A stretch of 28,844 nt of DNA from Bacteriovoracia bacterium (GTDB taxonomy: Bacteria > Bdellovibrionota > Bacteriovoracia > Bacteriovoracales > Bacteriovoracaceae), in contig JBKHVI010000038.1 in assembly GCA_046570105.1 (NCBI GenBank), positions 1 to 28,844 on the forward strand, read 5' to 3'. Below the pieces are notes generated by a model. It was given only the letters and a program-made list of their open reading frames with translations, did not search any database and was not told where the DNA came from. The position numbers and the translations under genes were made by a program. The first letter of the stretch is position 1. Every line of letters starts with the position of its first letter. Of this stretch, positions 8,396 through 17,026 are shown piece by piece.

Positions 8396-8982
8396 TGGCC
8401 ATTCGTCTCTTGGGAGGACGTGCCCGTGGGTTCGTCCTCCAAACACCCCCCGAAAATATCACTCGCCCCACCGCCATTCTCCTTAAGAGACGCCTTTTTG
8501 ATTGGCGCCAAGATTGGAGTGGAGAATGCTTTATTGATTTGTGTGCTGGCAGTGGCAGCATGGGACTTGAAGCCCTTTCAAGAGGTGCGGCACACGTATG
8601 GTTGAACGAAATAAACAAAACGGCCTTTCGCGTTTTAGAGAAGAATGTAGAGCTTTGGAAAAAACAGCAAGGCCTAGAAGAGCAAGAACTCACGCTGACT
8701 CAATTAGATTTTAGAAAAGTGCTTGAGAAGCTTCATACCTCTGGTCAATTTGCTGGCAAAGATGTGGTGATTTATTTTGATCCGCCCTATGAACAAAAAG
8801 AGCTCTATGCGGCTTTTAGGCAGGCCTCACAGGGACTTCCCATGGAAGTGTGGGTCGAAAGTGACGATCTCAAAGGCGTTAAGCTCGCTGAAGAAAGAGA
8901 GCACTTGAGTAGTGTCGTCAAGGAGGTCACGCAAGGTTCACATTGGGTGCTGGTAGGACGGCCTCTTGTTGCGCTAAAATAG
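8395..8982 (+). CDS. rsmD: 16S rRNA m2G966 methyltransferase RsmD family
   Basis: IRLLGG..RG, TRPT, DLCAGSGSMGLEALSRGA, FDPPY; adjacent to coaD. Confidence 0.93.
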   Translation: MAIRLLGGRARGFVLQTPPENITRPTAILLKRRLFDWRQDWSGECFIDLCAGSGSMGLEALSRGAAHVWLNEINKTAFRVLEKNVELWKKQQGLEEQELTLTQLDFRKVLEKLHTSGQFAGKDVVIYFDPPYEQKELYAAFRQASQGLPMEVWVESDDLKGVKLAEEREHLSSVVKEVTQGSHWVLVGRPLVALK

Positions 8983-9011
8983 CAGTAGAACCTCTACAAG
9001 GATGTTACCCC

Positions 9012-9497
9012 TTGCAAAAAAAGTGCGCTCTTTACGCTGGCACCTTTGATCCATTCACTAATGGGCATTTGGACATTGTTCAAAGGGCCATCGGTTTATT
9101 TGATGAGGTCACAGTTCTCGTTGCGGTTTCACCCAATAAAAAACCAACACTCTCTCAGTCTCGTCGCGTGGAGTTGTTGAAAGAACTTTTTCAACACGAG
9201 AAAAAAGTTAAGATCGATAGTTGGGATGGTTTGGTCGTTGAGTATGCGCGCCAACACAATATCGGCCATATCGTGCGCGGTCTTCGTCCGACGGGAGATT
9301 TCGAAGTTGAGTTTCAAATGGCTTCGATGAATCGCAAAATTAATTCTCAACTTGATACTGTTTTTTTAATGACTAGTGAGAAGCTATTCTACATTTCTTC
9401 ATCGCTCGTTAAAGAAGTCTGGCAGCATGGCGGTGATATCTCTATGTTTGTTCCACCACTGATTTTGGATGAAATGCAGAAGCTAAAAGGGAAGTAA
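9012..9497 (+). CDS. coaD: Phosphopantetheine adenylyltransferase
   Basis: YAGTFDPFTNGHLDI, RGLR, ISSSLVKEV; TTG 9012 after AAGGA. Confidence 0.97.
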   Translation: MQKKCALYAGTFDPFTNGHLDIVQRAIGLFDEVTVLVAVSPNKKPTLSQSRRVELLKELFQHEKKVKIDSWDGLVVEYARQHNIGHIVRGLRPTGDFEVEFQMASMNRKINSQLDTVFLMTSEKLFYISSSLVKEVWQHGGDISMFVPPLILDEMQKLKGK

Positions 9498-9501
9498 GTT
9501 C

Positions 9502-10713
9502 ATGTTGCTAAGTTCACGCGTTAAAGGTGTTGCCGATAGTATTACCCAACAACTCAATGAGAAAGCTCAGGCGATGGCCGAAGAGGGGCATATCATTTAC
9601 AACCTTTCGGCAGGGCAACTTCCGATCAAACCGCCGCAAGAATTTATTGAAAAAATTCAGCAGCAGCTTAACTTCTTAAAGAGTTATCAGTATTCACCTG
9701 TCGCTGGTATCAGTGAGTTACGAAAAAAAATTCTCAATCTTCATAAAGAAGAGCGCAAAGTTTCGACTGAAGGCCTCGACGTCATTTTGTCGAACGGATC
9801 GAAGCAATCGATCTATATTGCGCTCGGTGCTCTGCTTGATCCAGGAGACGAAGTGATTTTGCTTGCGCCTTATTGGGTGAGCTACCCAGAGATGGTGAAA
9901 TTCTGGGGCGGCATTCCCGTCACAGTGAAGAGTAATGTCTTTGATGCTTTTAGTCCTGCGCTAGAAGATATCGCTAAGGTCATCACTCCTCGCACGCGCG
10001 CGATTATTGTTAACAGTCCTAATAATCCGGCGGGAGTTCATTATCCAGAAAAATGGGTGAAGGCCTTTGCAGCTTTAATGAAAGAGCATCCAGATATGTG
10101 GATTCTCTCCGATGAAGTTTATGCGGATTTAAGTTATTTTGATCCGGCACCAACATACTCTTATCAACATGACCCTGAGCTGGTGGCCCGCACGATGGTG
10201 TTTGGTGCTATTTCAAAAACACTGGCGGCCACTGGTCTTCGCATGGGGTGGACGATTGCACCTAAGAATGCTGTGCAAGCGATGGGGCGAATTCAAGGTC
10301 AGGCGACCTCGGGGCCATCGGCATTGATACAGCGTGCGCTGGTTGATTTTGATTTTTCTAAAGTCACAAATTTTTTAGCACCTGTGAAAGTGCATCTTCG
10401 TCGCTCTGCTAATCTAGTGCGTGAAAAGTTGCGAGACGCTGAATTACAAAATCTTTGGTACCAATCCCATTCGGCTTTTTACTTCATGCTCGACTTCAGT
10501 CGTACGCCGGTGTTCGCGCGTTTTGCTGGTGAGCACCCTGAACAAGACTATTCCAAGGAAATTTGTCAGGAATTGCTGGAGAAATATGGCATTGCTTTAG
10601 TGCCAGGTGCCGATTTCGGATTACCTAATTCCGGTAGGATGAGTCTCACGATGGAAGAAGTTCCCTTCCAAGAAGCGCTCAATCGTCTGGTCACATTTCT
10701 CAAGAGTACCTGA
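9502..10713 (+). CDS. PLP-dependent class I/II aminotransferase (aspartate aminotransferase-like)
   Basis: PYWVSY, NSPNNPAG, SDEVY, SKTLAATGLRMGW (PLP lysine). Confidence 0.95.
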   Translation: MLLSSRVKGVADSITQQLNEKAQAMAEEGHIIYNLSAGQLPIKPPQEFIEKIQQQLNFLKSYQYSPVAGISELRKKILNLHKEERKVSTEGLDVILSNGSKQSIYIALGALLDPGDEVILLAPYWVSYPEMVKFWGGIPVTVKSNVFDAFSPALEDIAKVITPRTRAIIVNSPNNPAGVHYPEKWVKAFAALMKEHPDMWILSDEVYADLSYFDPAPTYSYQHDPELVARTMVFGAISKTLAATGLRMGWTIAPKNAVQAMGRIQGQATSGPSALIQRALVDFDFSKVTNFLAPVKVHLRRSANLVREKLRDAELQNLWYQSHSAFYFMLDFSRTPVFARFAGEHPEQDYSKEICQELLEKYGIALVPGADFGLPNSGRMSLTMEEVPFQEALNRLVTFLKST

Positions 10714-10781
10714 AGGGAAGATTTCTCCTGGGTAGGTCTAGCTAACCCCATGGCATTACAATAAATGCTGGGGTATTGCCC

Positions 10782-11759
10782 ATGGTAAAAGTCCGCACAA
10801 TCTCAACACTTTTTATTCTTTGGCTAACGCTGATGTTGGCCGGATGTTCATCGTCCAAAGAACAACAAGTCACTGATGCCATCGATGAAGCGCTTTATTA
10901 TCTTTCAAAGCCAAGTCCAGATTGTCAGAAAGCCATTGATGCACTTGAGGATGTGGGTAATCAAAAAAACAATCCACGTTATATTCAAGCACTCGCTTCG
11001 GCCTATGCCTGTCGAGGAAATTTCAGTGAGCTCAATTTGTTCGATGACATTGATGCCATCAGTGGTGATTTCTCCGATATCCTGACTTCACTGGCCACTC
11101 TTGAGATGGCCCAGCAAACAGAGGCGGAGTCTGATGAGTTTCTCGACGTGCAACGAGCGATTGAGGTGATTCTCTATAGCGGTGGAAAGTCAGCTCCCTC
11201 TGCGCTTGAAACCAAAGAAATTTTTGGTACTCGCCATGGCACCAATCTCAATATGCAGGCGCTCTACATGGTGTTGGTGCAGCTGGGTCGTTTTTCAAAC
11301 TGGTATGGCAGCACTGATTCAACTGGTAAAAAAGGTCTCTCAACAGGAGTCCAAGTCCCGGCCTGTTTTTTTGATTATGAACCGGCCGCCTTGGCAGTTG
11401 CGACCGCTCATGGTGGTGGTAACGCGTGTTCGGCAGGCAATCTTGGTAATACCGATTTAGATTATACCGGCGTCACCACAACTGTGGCCCAACGTCGTCT
11501 CTGCCAAGGGGCGATGCTGATGAATAATTTATTTGATCTCTTGGAGCACATCACATTTCCCGACAGTGATTCGATTGGAGAGTTAGGCTCACTTTATTCA
11601 ACAGTTGAACCCTATATCACCGCACTTTATGCGCTTGATCCTGATATGGAAGAGTTCGTTGAAAATCTCGATCAAACCACCTGTGAAGAATTGGTCGCTG
11701 CTGATGATGATGTGATTCAACTTTATTTTGCCTCTCTCTTCGAGGGAGGTCTGCCCTGA
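10782..11759 (+). CDS. Lipoprotein, helical/TPR-like N-terminal half, multiple Cys
   Basis: Signal MVKVRTISTLFILWLTLMLAGC with lipobox LAGC; directly upstream of a beta-barrel gene. Confidence 0.85.
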   Translation: MVKVRTISTLFILWLTLMLAGCSSSKEQQVTDAIDEALYYLSKPSPDCQKAIDALEDVGNQKNNPRYIQALASAYACRGNFSELNLFDDIDAISGDFSDILTSLATLEMAQQTEAESDEFLDVQRAIEVILYSGGKSAPSALETKEIFGTRHGTNLNMQALYMVLVQLGRFSNWYGSTDSTGKKGLSTGVQVPACFFDYEPAALAVATAHGGGNACSAGNLGNTDLDYTGVTTTVAQRRLCQGAMLMNNLFDLLEHITFPDSDSIGELGSLYSTVEPYITALYALDPDMEEFVENLDQTTCEELVAADDDVIQLYFASLFEGGLP

Positions 11760-12872
11760 TCAGATGGATCCTCTTGGCGCTATTCTCATTTAATGTCTGG
11801 AGTTATGAAGCTCCCATGGGCCTGCGTTCTCCCAAAGGCCTATTGATGGGTGATGCCTGGACAGCGGTTAACACTGACGAGTACACATTGTTTTATAATC
11901 CCGCTTCAATGGGACGCCATCAGCGTGATTTTACCTTTTATCCATTTAATCCACAGATCACGGGCACTAATCCCTTGGGAGATATGGATCGCTTTGAAGA
12001 TTTTCCCGACGATCCCAATGGGGCAGCGGATGTCTTGATGAATTATCCGGTGCATATTGGTGCTAACATCGCGCCAGGTTTTAAGTTATTTAACTTTGGA
12101 ATTAACTTCATCGCTTCTGAGCAAGCCGACATGCTCCTTCGAAATAAAATCCATCCCACACTCGATGTAGATTATCGCTCTGATCGTGGATTTATTATGG
12201 GCGTCGGAGTTCCACTGGGACCCCGGCGTTTAGGGAGCAAAAGTATTTCCGGCCAACAGACCACTATAGGTGTGGGTGCTAAATATATTAAGCGTCGAGG
12301 CATTCATGACGCTTATGCACTAACAGGGACTGATTTACTCGACATTATTGAGAATAGCGGTGAGACCAGCGACATCATCGAGAGCTTAGGTATCGTCGAA
12401 GGTGATGGTTGGGGTTTTGATGCTGGCTTTGAACATGTTGTGCGGCAAGGGCCCAATCAATGGGTTTTTGGTTTAGCAGCATTGGATATTACTGACACAG
12501 AATTTGATGTGCCTGAAAACGAAGAAATGCGCACAGTGGCACCTAATAAAGCGCAAGTGAACTTAGGCATGGCCTGGCTTTATCGCACGAGCCTCATGCG
12601 GGGAAGTTTCGCTCTTGATGTCAGAGGACTGACAGAAGAAATGGAAATGATGGAGCGCCTTCGCTTGTGGAGTTGAGCTAGGAATTCCTGGCATTAGCTT
12701 ACTCGGTGGCATTAATTCAGGTTATTTCTCCTATGGCGCCGCCATAGATGTCGGAATTTTGAAACTCACCGCGGGATTTTATGGCGCCGAAGTTGGTGGC
12801 GCTTATCGTCGCACCCAGAGTAAGCGATTCGTCATTTATCTAAGCTTATTCGACTTTTCATTTGATGCATGA
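11756..12872 (+). pseudogene. Outer-membrane beta-barrel (FadL/PorV/TraF-like superfamily) interrupted by a +1 frameshift near 12668
   Basis: MGDAWTAVNTDEYTLFYNPA N-terminal motif; skipping one base continues as GVELGIPGISLLGGINSGYFSYGAAIDVG...SKRFVIYLSLFDFSFDA* to 12872. Confidence 0.8.
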
Positions 12873-12932
12873 GCGTTCTATGATTTGAAGCATGGAGGCC
12901 AATGGACGGCCCACCTATGCCCAGGAGCGCTT

Positions 12933-14252
12933 TTGAACAAGACTTTCATTCTGGACACCAACGTCCTCTTGCTAGATCCCACTGCTATTAATAAGTTCGG
13001 CCCGCAAAATAAAGTCTTCATCCCACTCACAGTGGTTGAAGAACTCGATAAATTTAAAAAAGATCAAAACGAAATCGGCCGCAACGCTCGTTACTTCGCC
13101 CGTCTGATTGATGGACTGCGCTCGAAGGGTTCATTGATGCAAGGTGTGCCACTCGAAAACGGTGGCATGCTGGTTATTAGCGTTGTGAAAGATCGCCGAG
13201 TCGCTCAAGGCGAAGGCCTCAATCCACTCGTTAACGACAACTTGATTCTTGCCAGTGCCGTCGCTCTTAAAGAAGCCGGCGAAAACGTCACGCTGATTAC
13301 TAAAGACATTAACCTTCGCCTCAAAAGTGATGCTGTTGGTGTTAAAGCGGAAGATTACGAAACCACCGATATTTCGATTGATGAGCTCTACTCGGGTCAG
13401 CGAAGTGTCGAGATGGATCTTGAGCGCATCGAACTGTTTGAAAAAGAGCGCTTCCTGAAAATTGAAGCAGGTGAGATTCCTAGTATCTATCCGAACGAAT
13501 ATTTAATTCTTACAGATCGCAATAACCCATTTAAAAAAGCGCTTGGACGCTACCATCTTCGCAAAGGTGGAATTGTTCCTCTCATTCGCCCGAAAGAAGG
13601 GGTGTGGGGAATTCATCCAAAGAACATCGAGCAGCAATTTGCGCTTGATGCGCTTTTGAATAACGAAATCAACTTGGTGTCACTGGTTGGTAAAGCGGGT
13701 ACCGGTAAAACTCTTCTCGCGATTGCCGCGGGTCTTGAGTGTGCCATTACCAAACAAAATTATTCTCGCGTACTGGTTTCTCGTCCGATCGTTCCGATGG
13801 GACGTGACTTGGGTTTCTTGCCAGGAGATATCAACGAGAAGCTTGGCCCTTGGATGCAGCCGATTTTTGATAACATTGATTTTCTCTTCGGCAATCAGCG
13901 CGCTCGTAACGAGATGACAACTTGGGATGAACTCATTAACCAAGGTCTCTTGCACGTTGAGCCTTTGACTTACATTCGTGGTCGCTCACTTCCAGGCCAG
14001 TTCATGATCGTCGATGAAAGCCAAAACTTAACTCCTCATGAGATCAAGACCATCATCACACGTGCGGGTGAAGGAACTAAGATTGTTCTCACGGGTGACT
14101 CCGAGCAGATCGATAACCCTTATCTTGATTCTTTGAATAACGGTTTGGTTTATTGTATCGATCGTCTCAAAGGCGAAGACATTGTTGCCCATGCGAAACT
14201 CCAAGTGGGTGAGCGATCACCACTCTCAGAGATTGCTTCTAAGCTTCTATGA
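12933..14252 (+). CDS. PIN domain-PhoH family ATPase (PhoH2/YlaK-like)
   Basis: PIN: LDTNVLL, VVEELD, NDNLIL, TKDINLR; PhoH: GKAGTGKT, LGFLPGD, RGRS, IVDESQN; TTG 12933 after AGGAG. Confidence 0.95.
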   Translation: MNKTFILDTNVLLLDPTAINKFGPQNKVFIPLTVVEELDKFKKDQNEIGRNARYFARLIDGLRSKGSLMQGVPLENGGMLVISVVKDRRVAQGEGLNPLVNDNLILASAVALKEAGENVTLITKDINLRLKSDAVGVKAEDYETTDISIDELYSGQRSVEMDLERIELFEKERFLKIEAGEIPSIYPNEYLILTDRNNPFKKALGRYHLRKGGIVPLIRPKEGVWGIHPKNIEQQFALDALLNNEINLVSLVGKAGTGKTLLAIAAGLECAITKQNYSRVLVSRPIVPMGRDLGFLPGDINEKLGPWMQPIFDNIDFLFGNQRARNEMTTWDELINQGLLHVEPLTYIRGRSLPGQFMIVDESQNLTPHEIKTIITRAGEGTKIVLTGDSEQIDNPYLDSLNNGLVYCIDRLKGEDIVAHAKLQVGERSPLSEIASKLL

Positions 14253-14824
14253 GTAGTAGGGAGCGTGGTTATCAACGGGCCCATTTAAGGGCCCCGTATC
14301 AAGAGCCCGTCTTATTCGGTGATGAAGATTTCATTCACAAGGCCCGCTCTCTGAATATTTCAGAGGGCGGCATCTTGCTCGATGAGGTTCCTGAGTTTCC
14401 CGCCGCTGATGAAGTGCCTTTGCTGCTTCATCTTCCCAGCTATCCTTATTTTAAAAATTTCAATTTGATTAAGATGCAAACCTTCACACGCGATCTTTTT
14501 CCCACCAAAGTCATTCGTGCCAAGGGAAGAATGGTTCGTCGTATCGGTGAGACGACTTCAGTCGATGATGTGTTTCGCCCACGCTTTGGTATTCAGTTCA
14601 GTCAGCTAGGTGATCACGAGCAAAAATATATTAGTGAATACGTTTCCGTCTTTGCCAGCAATCTCATTTATCTACAAATGCTGATTGATTCGTGGAATAC
14701 CGACGAAGACATCCGTCTCAAAACCCGCGCCCTGGCGGATATTTTAGGTTATCAAAAAATCGAAAAAATCTCTGAACTGCGCCGTCAAATCGGGCACGAT
14801 TATCAATCTCTGCAGTGGGACTGA
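14249..14824 (+). CDS. PilZ domain protein
   Basis: RxxxR (RAHLR) and NxSxxG (NISEGG) c-di-GMP motifs, FGIQF strand; ATGA overlap with the PhoH gene. Confidence 0.85.
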   Translation: MSSRERGYQRAHLRAPYQEPVLFGDEDFIHKARSLNISEGGILLDEVPEFPAADEVPLLLHLPSYPYFKNFNLIKMQTFTRDLFPTKVIRAKGRMVRRIGETTSVDDVFRPRFGIQFSQLGDHEQKYISEYVSVFASNLIYLQMLIDSWNTDEDIRLKTRALADILGYQKIEKISELRRQIGHDYQSLQWD

Positions 14825-15004
14825 GACTCAATTCACCTGTAAAGCCCGAAGCATAGAAACATTTCATATCACTTTTCTGCTTGAGGGCGCCTCTAGCTTT
14901 CTAATTTTTCAATTTTGATTCATTCTGGCATTGATTATCGAGTCTAAAATAGATCCGTGCGCCAGAATGAGACAGGTGAATTGAGTGTCTTATCCAGTGG
15001 GACT
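14813..15004. repeat. 10-bp direct repeat CAGTGGGACT flanking element copy 2
   Basis: Exact copies at 14813-14822 and 14995-15004. Confidence 0.85.
14826..14986 (-). ncRNA. Structured element copy 2 (same family as 4244-4414)
   Basis: 15-bp perfect inverted repeat 14826-14840/14972-14986; 10-bp stem TCATTCTGGC/GCCAGAATGA; same five motif blocks as copy 1 on the opposite strand. Confidence 0.75.
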
Positions 15005-15533
15005 AGAGTTTTTCCGAGAAAGTATCACACTCTTTTTTGTGAGCAGGATTATTAAATGAGCGAGCTTTTAAGACTGTGACTTTGCAATTGCGCTCGGGGA
15101 AAGAAAGTTTTTCGATAGCGGCATCGCTCTCACGCTTAACTCCATCAACTCCGAAGTGACATTCAATACGTGCTTCTCCCAACAGGATGCGCGAGTCTTT
15201 ATCGATCAACTGAGCATTATAGACATCTTCATAGTAGGCCCAGTAGCCCACAAAGCGGGGAGTTTTAAGTTGTGTTGATTCCACTAGAGTCATGTCGGGA
15301 GATAGTTTTTCAATATCTGTGGGAAGACTCTTTTTTAGAGAGGCGAGTCCCTGAGTATTTCCCCAGTAACAGAGGGCGTGACGTGACAGTGTTTTTTTCA
15401 AGTCTTCAAGATGATTTGCTTGTACGGCCCTGTGAGCACGGATCATCATCTCTGCCGGATTATTTTTGAAACCGAAATTTGCTCGCTGACAAGCAAACGC
15501 GAGTACAGCGAGAGATAAAAAAACCCACTTCAT
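15003..15533 (-). CDS. Lipoprotein, hypothetical
   Basis: MKWVFLSLAVLAFAC signal with lipobox; four further Cys. Confidence 0.8.
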   Translation of the reverse strand: MKWVFLSLAVLAFACQRANFGFKNNPAEMMIRAHRAVQANHLEDLKKTLSRHALCYWGNTQGLASLKKSLPTDIEKLSPDMTLVESTQLKTPRFVGYWAYYEDVYNAQLIDKDSRILLGEARIECHFGVDGVKRESDAAIEKLSFPERNCKVTVLKARSFNNPAHKKECDTFSEKL

Positions 15534-15601
15534 ACTTAATGCCTTTTTTGAAAGGCGATTATGCATGAAGTGGGTTTCACATTGTTTAAACAGAGTAAAA
15601 T

Positions 15602-15886
15602 CTACATGTCTTGTCCGACGTCACTCCCTAATTTTTGGATCGCTTGGCCAAATCGTTCACCAGCTCTGCGAGAAAGCTCTCCAAAATACAGTTGGACTCG
15701 ATATTTATAGTCCGAACCAAAATTTTGGCCTGAGAATTCCTCTAGGAGATGATGAGCTTCGCTTTCCAGCTGCGCATCCTCTAATGAGCCCAAGTAGCTT
15801 TTATACTCTTCTTGGGTTTTTTCTCTCGCTCGTTTTTCTATGTGGGCCGACAGTTCTACCACCTGGCCCATTACCAAATTGTTCAT
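15602..15886 (-). CDS. Small hypothetical helical protein (94 aa)
   Basis: AGGGGA RBS before ATG 15886; sigma54 motif upstream. Confidence 0.75.
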   Translation of the reverse strand: MNNLVMGQVVELSAHIEKRAREKTQEEYKSYLGSLEDAQLESEAHHLLEEFSGQNFGSDYKYRVQLYFGELSRRAGERFGQAIQKLGSDVGQDM

Positions 15887-15956
15887 TTCCCCTCTCTTTC
15901 CTTTGCGAGTCGAAAGCATCTTGCCCCTTCTCGTTAGTTCCCCTGCTTCTCTTATG

Positions 15957-15972
15957 AGCAAGCCTGATGCCA
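15957..15972 (-). promoter_or_regulatory. sigma54 (RpoN) -24/-12 promoter
   Basis: Minus strand TGGCATCAGGCTTGCT, exact GG-N10-GC spacing. Confidence 0.75.
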
Positions 15973-16160
15973 GGCATTGAGTTAATTGAAGCGTTTTGGC
16001 GTTATAGAAGAAGGCCTAGTGCTTACTCAAGTTTGTGCTGCGGGAGAAGTTGTAAGTTGTAAAAACTACTGTGAAACGGAGCGCAAATCGAGAAAGAATC
16101 CACCCATTCTTACGGCTTCTTACAAAGTCGCAGGGGGTCAAAGTGGCCCAAAGAGAAAAT

Positions 16161-16184
16161 AAAAGGGCCCCAAATTGGGGCCCT
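16161..16184 (-). terminator. Intrinsic terminator after the peroxiredoxin gene
   Basis: GGGCCCCAA/TTGGGGCCC stem followed by a T-tract on the minus strand. Confidence 0.85.
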
Positions 16185-16211
16185 CATGATCCTGAACTAA
16201 AAAGTCGGGAA

Positions 16212-16796
16212 TTAGGCGTTCTTTTTGAACCAAGACTTTGAACCAGCAGTATCTGGCTTCATAGTGTCTGCGCCTTTCTTCCAGTTAGCTGGGCATACTT
16301 CGCCCGACTTAGCTGTGAATTGGTACGCTTCAACCAAACGGAGTGTCTCGTCAACGCTACGGCCTACAGAGAGGTTGTTGATCGTTGAGTGCTGAATGAC
16401 GTCTTTGTCGTCAATGATGAACAAGCCGCGTAGAGCGACTTCTTCGCCAACGAGAACTTCATAGTCACGAGCGACTTTCTTATTAAGGTCAGCGAGGATT
16501 GGGAATTTAACTTCGCCCAAGCCGCCGTCTTTGCGGTCTTGTTTTGTCCATGCCAAGTGAGAGAAGTAGCTGTCGACAGAACAGGCGATCAATTCACAGC
16601 CGATTGATTTGAATTTATCAGCAGCATCAGAGTAAGCGATGATCTCTGTAGGGCAGACGAAAGTGAAGTCCAACGGATAGAAGAATAGAACTTTCCACTT
16701 ACCTTTGTAGTCGTCGAGAGAAACAGTTTTGTTTTCTCCGTTAACCAAAGCTGGAGCTTTGAAGTAGGGAGCTGGGTTGCCAACTAAACGGGCCAT
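16212..16796 (-). CDS. ahpC: Typical 2-Cys peroxiredoxin (AhpC/Prx1)
   Basis: FYPLDFTFVCPTE and GEVCPANW; AAGGAG RBS. Confidence 0.96.
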   Translation of the reverse strand: MARLVGNPAPYFKAPALVNGENKTVSLDDYKGKWKVLFFYPLDFTFVCPTEIIAYSDAADKFKSIGCELIACSVDSYFSHLAWTKQDRKDGGLGEVKFPILADLNKKVARDYEVLVGEEVALRGLFIIDDKDVIQHSTINNLSVGRSVDETLRLVEAYQFTAKSGEVCPANWKKGADTMKPDTAGSKSWFKKNA

Positions 16797-16953
16797 GTTG
16801 ATCTCCTTGCGGTGAGTTGTAATAAGTTACTAAAACGAGGTAGAGCTTAAGGCCCTTGTTAGGCATTATTCAAGACAATCCGTGTCCACCCGGCAACAGT
16901 TGTCTAACTCGCAAAGATCATTTCCCTGGAAAGCTTTTCCGGTTAAATTTATC

Positions 16954-16981
16954 TCAAGATTTAATGAGTTATCGCCGAAAA
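16954..16981 (+). promoter_or_regulatory. FliA/sigma28-like promoter upstream of clpP
   Basis: TCAA-N16-GCCGAAAA, about 45 nt upstream of ATG 17027. Confidence 0.4.
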
Positions 16982-17026
16982 GTCCGAACAACATGGTCAA
17001 TTAATCTCTGAATTAAAGGAAGCCGA

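Noticed and set aside
14826..14986. Element as a simple bidirectional terminator
   Set aside because: Too long and multibranched; copy 2 lacks flanking U-tracts; conserved single-stranded blocks would be unexplained.
15565..15957. 130-aa plus-strand ORF and the other short overlapping ORFs in the track (e.g. 447-809, 20587-21126, 18347-18817)
   Set aside because: Antisense or off-frame shadows of better-supported genes, with no RBS or recognisable motifs.
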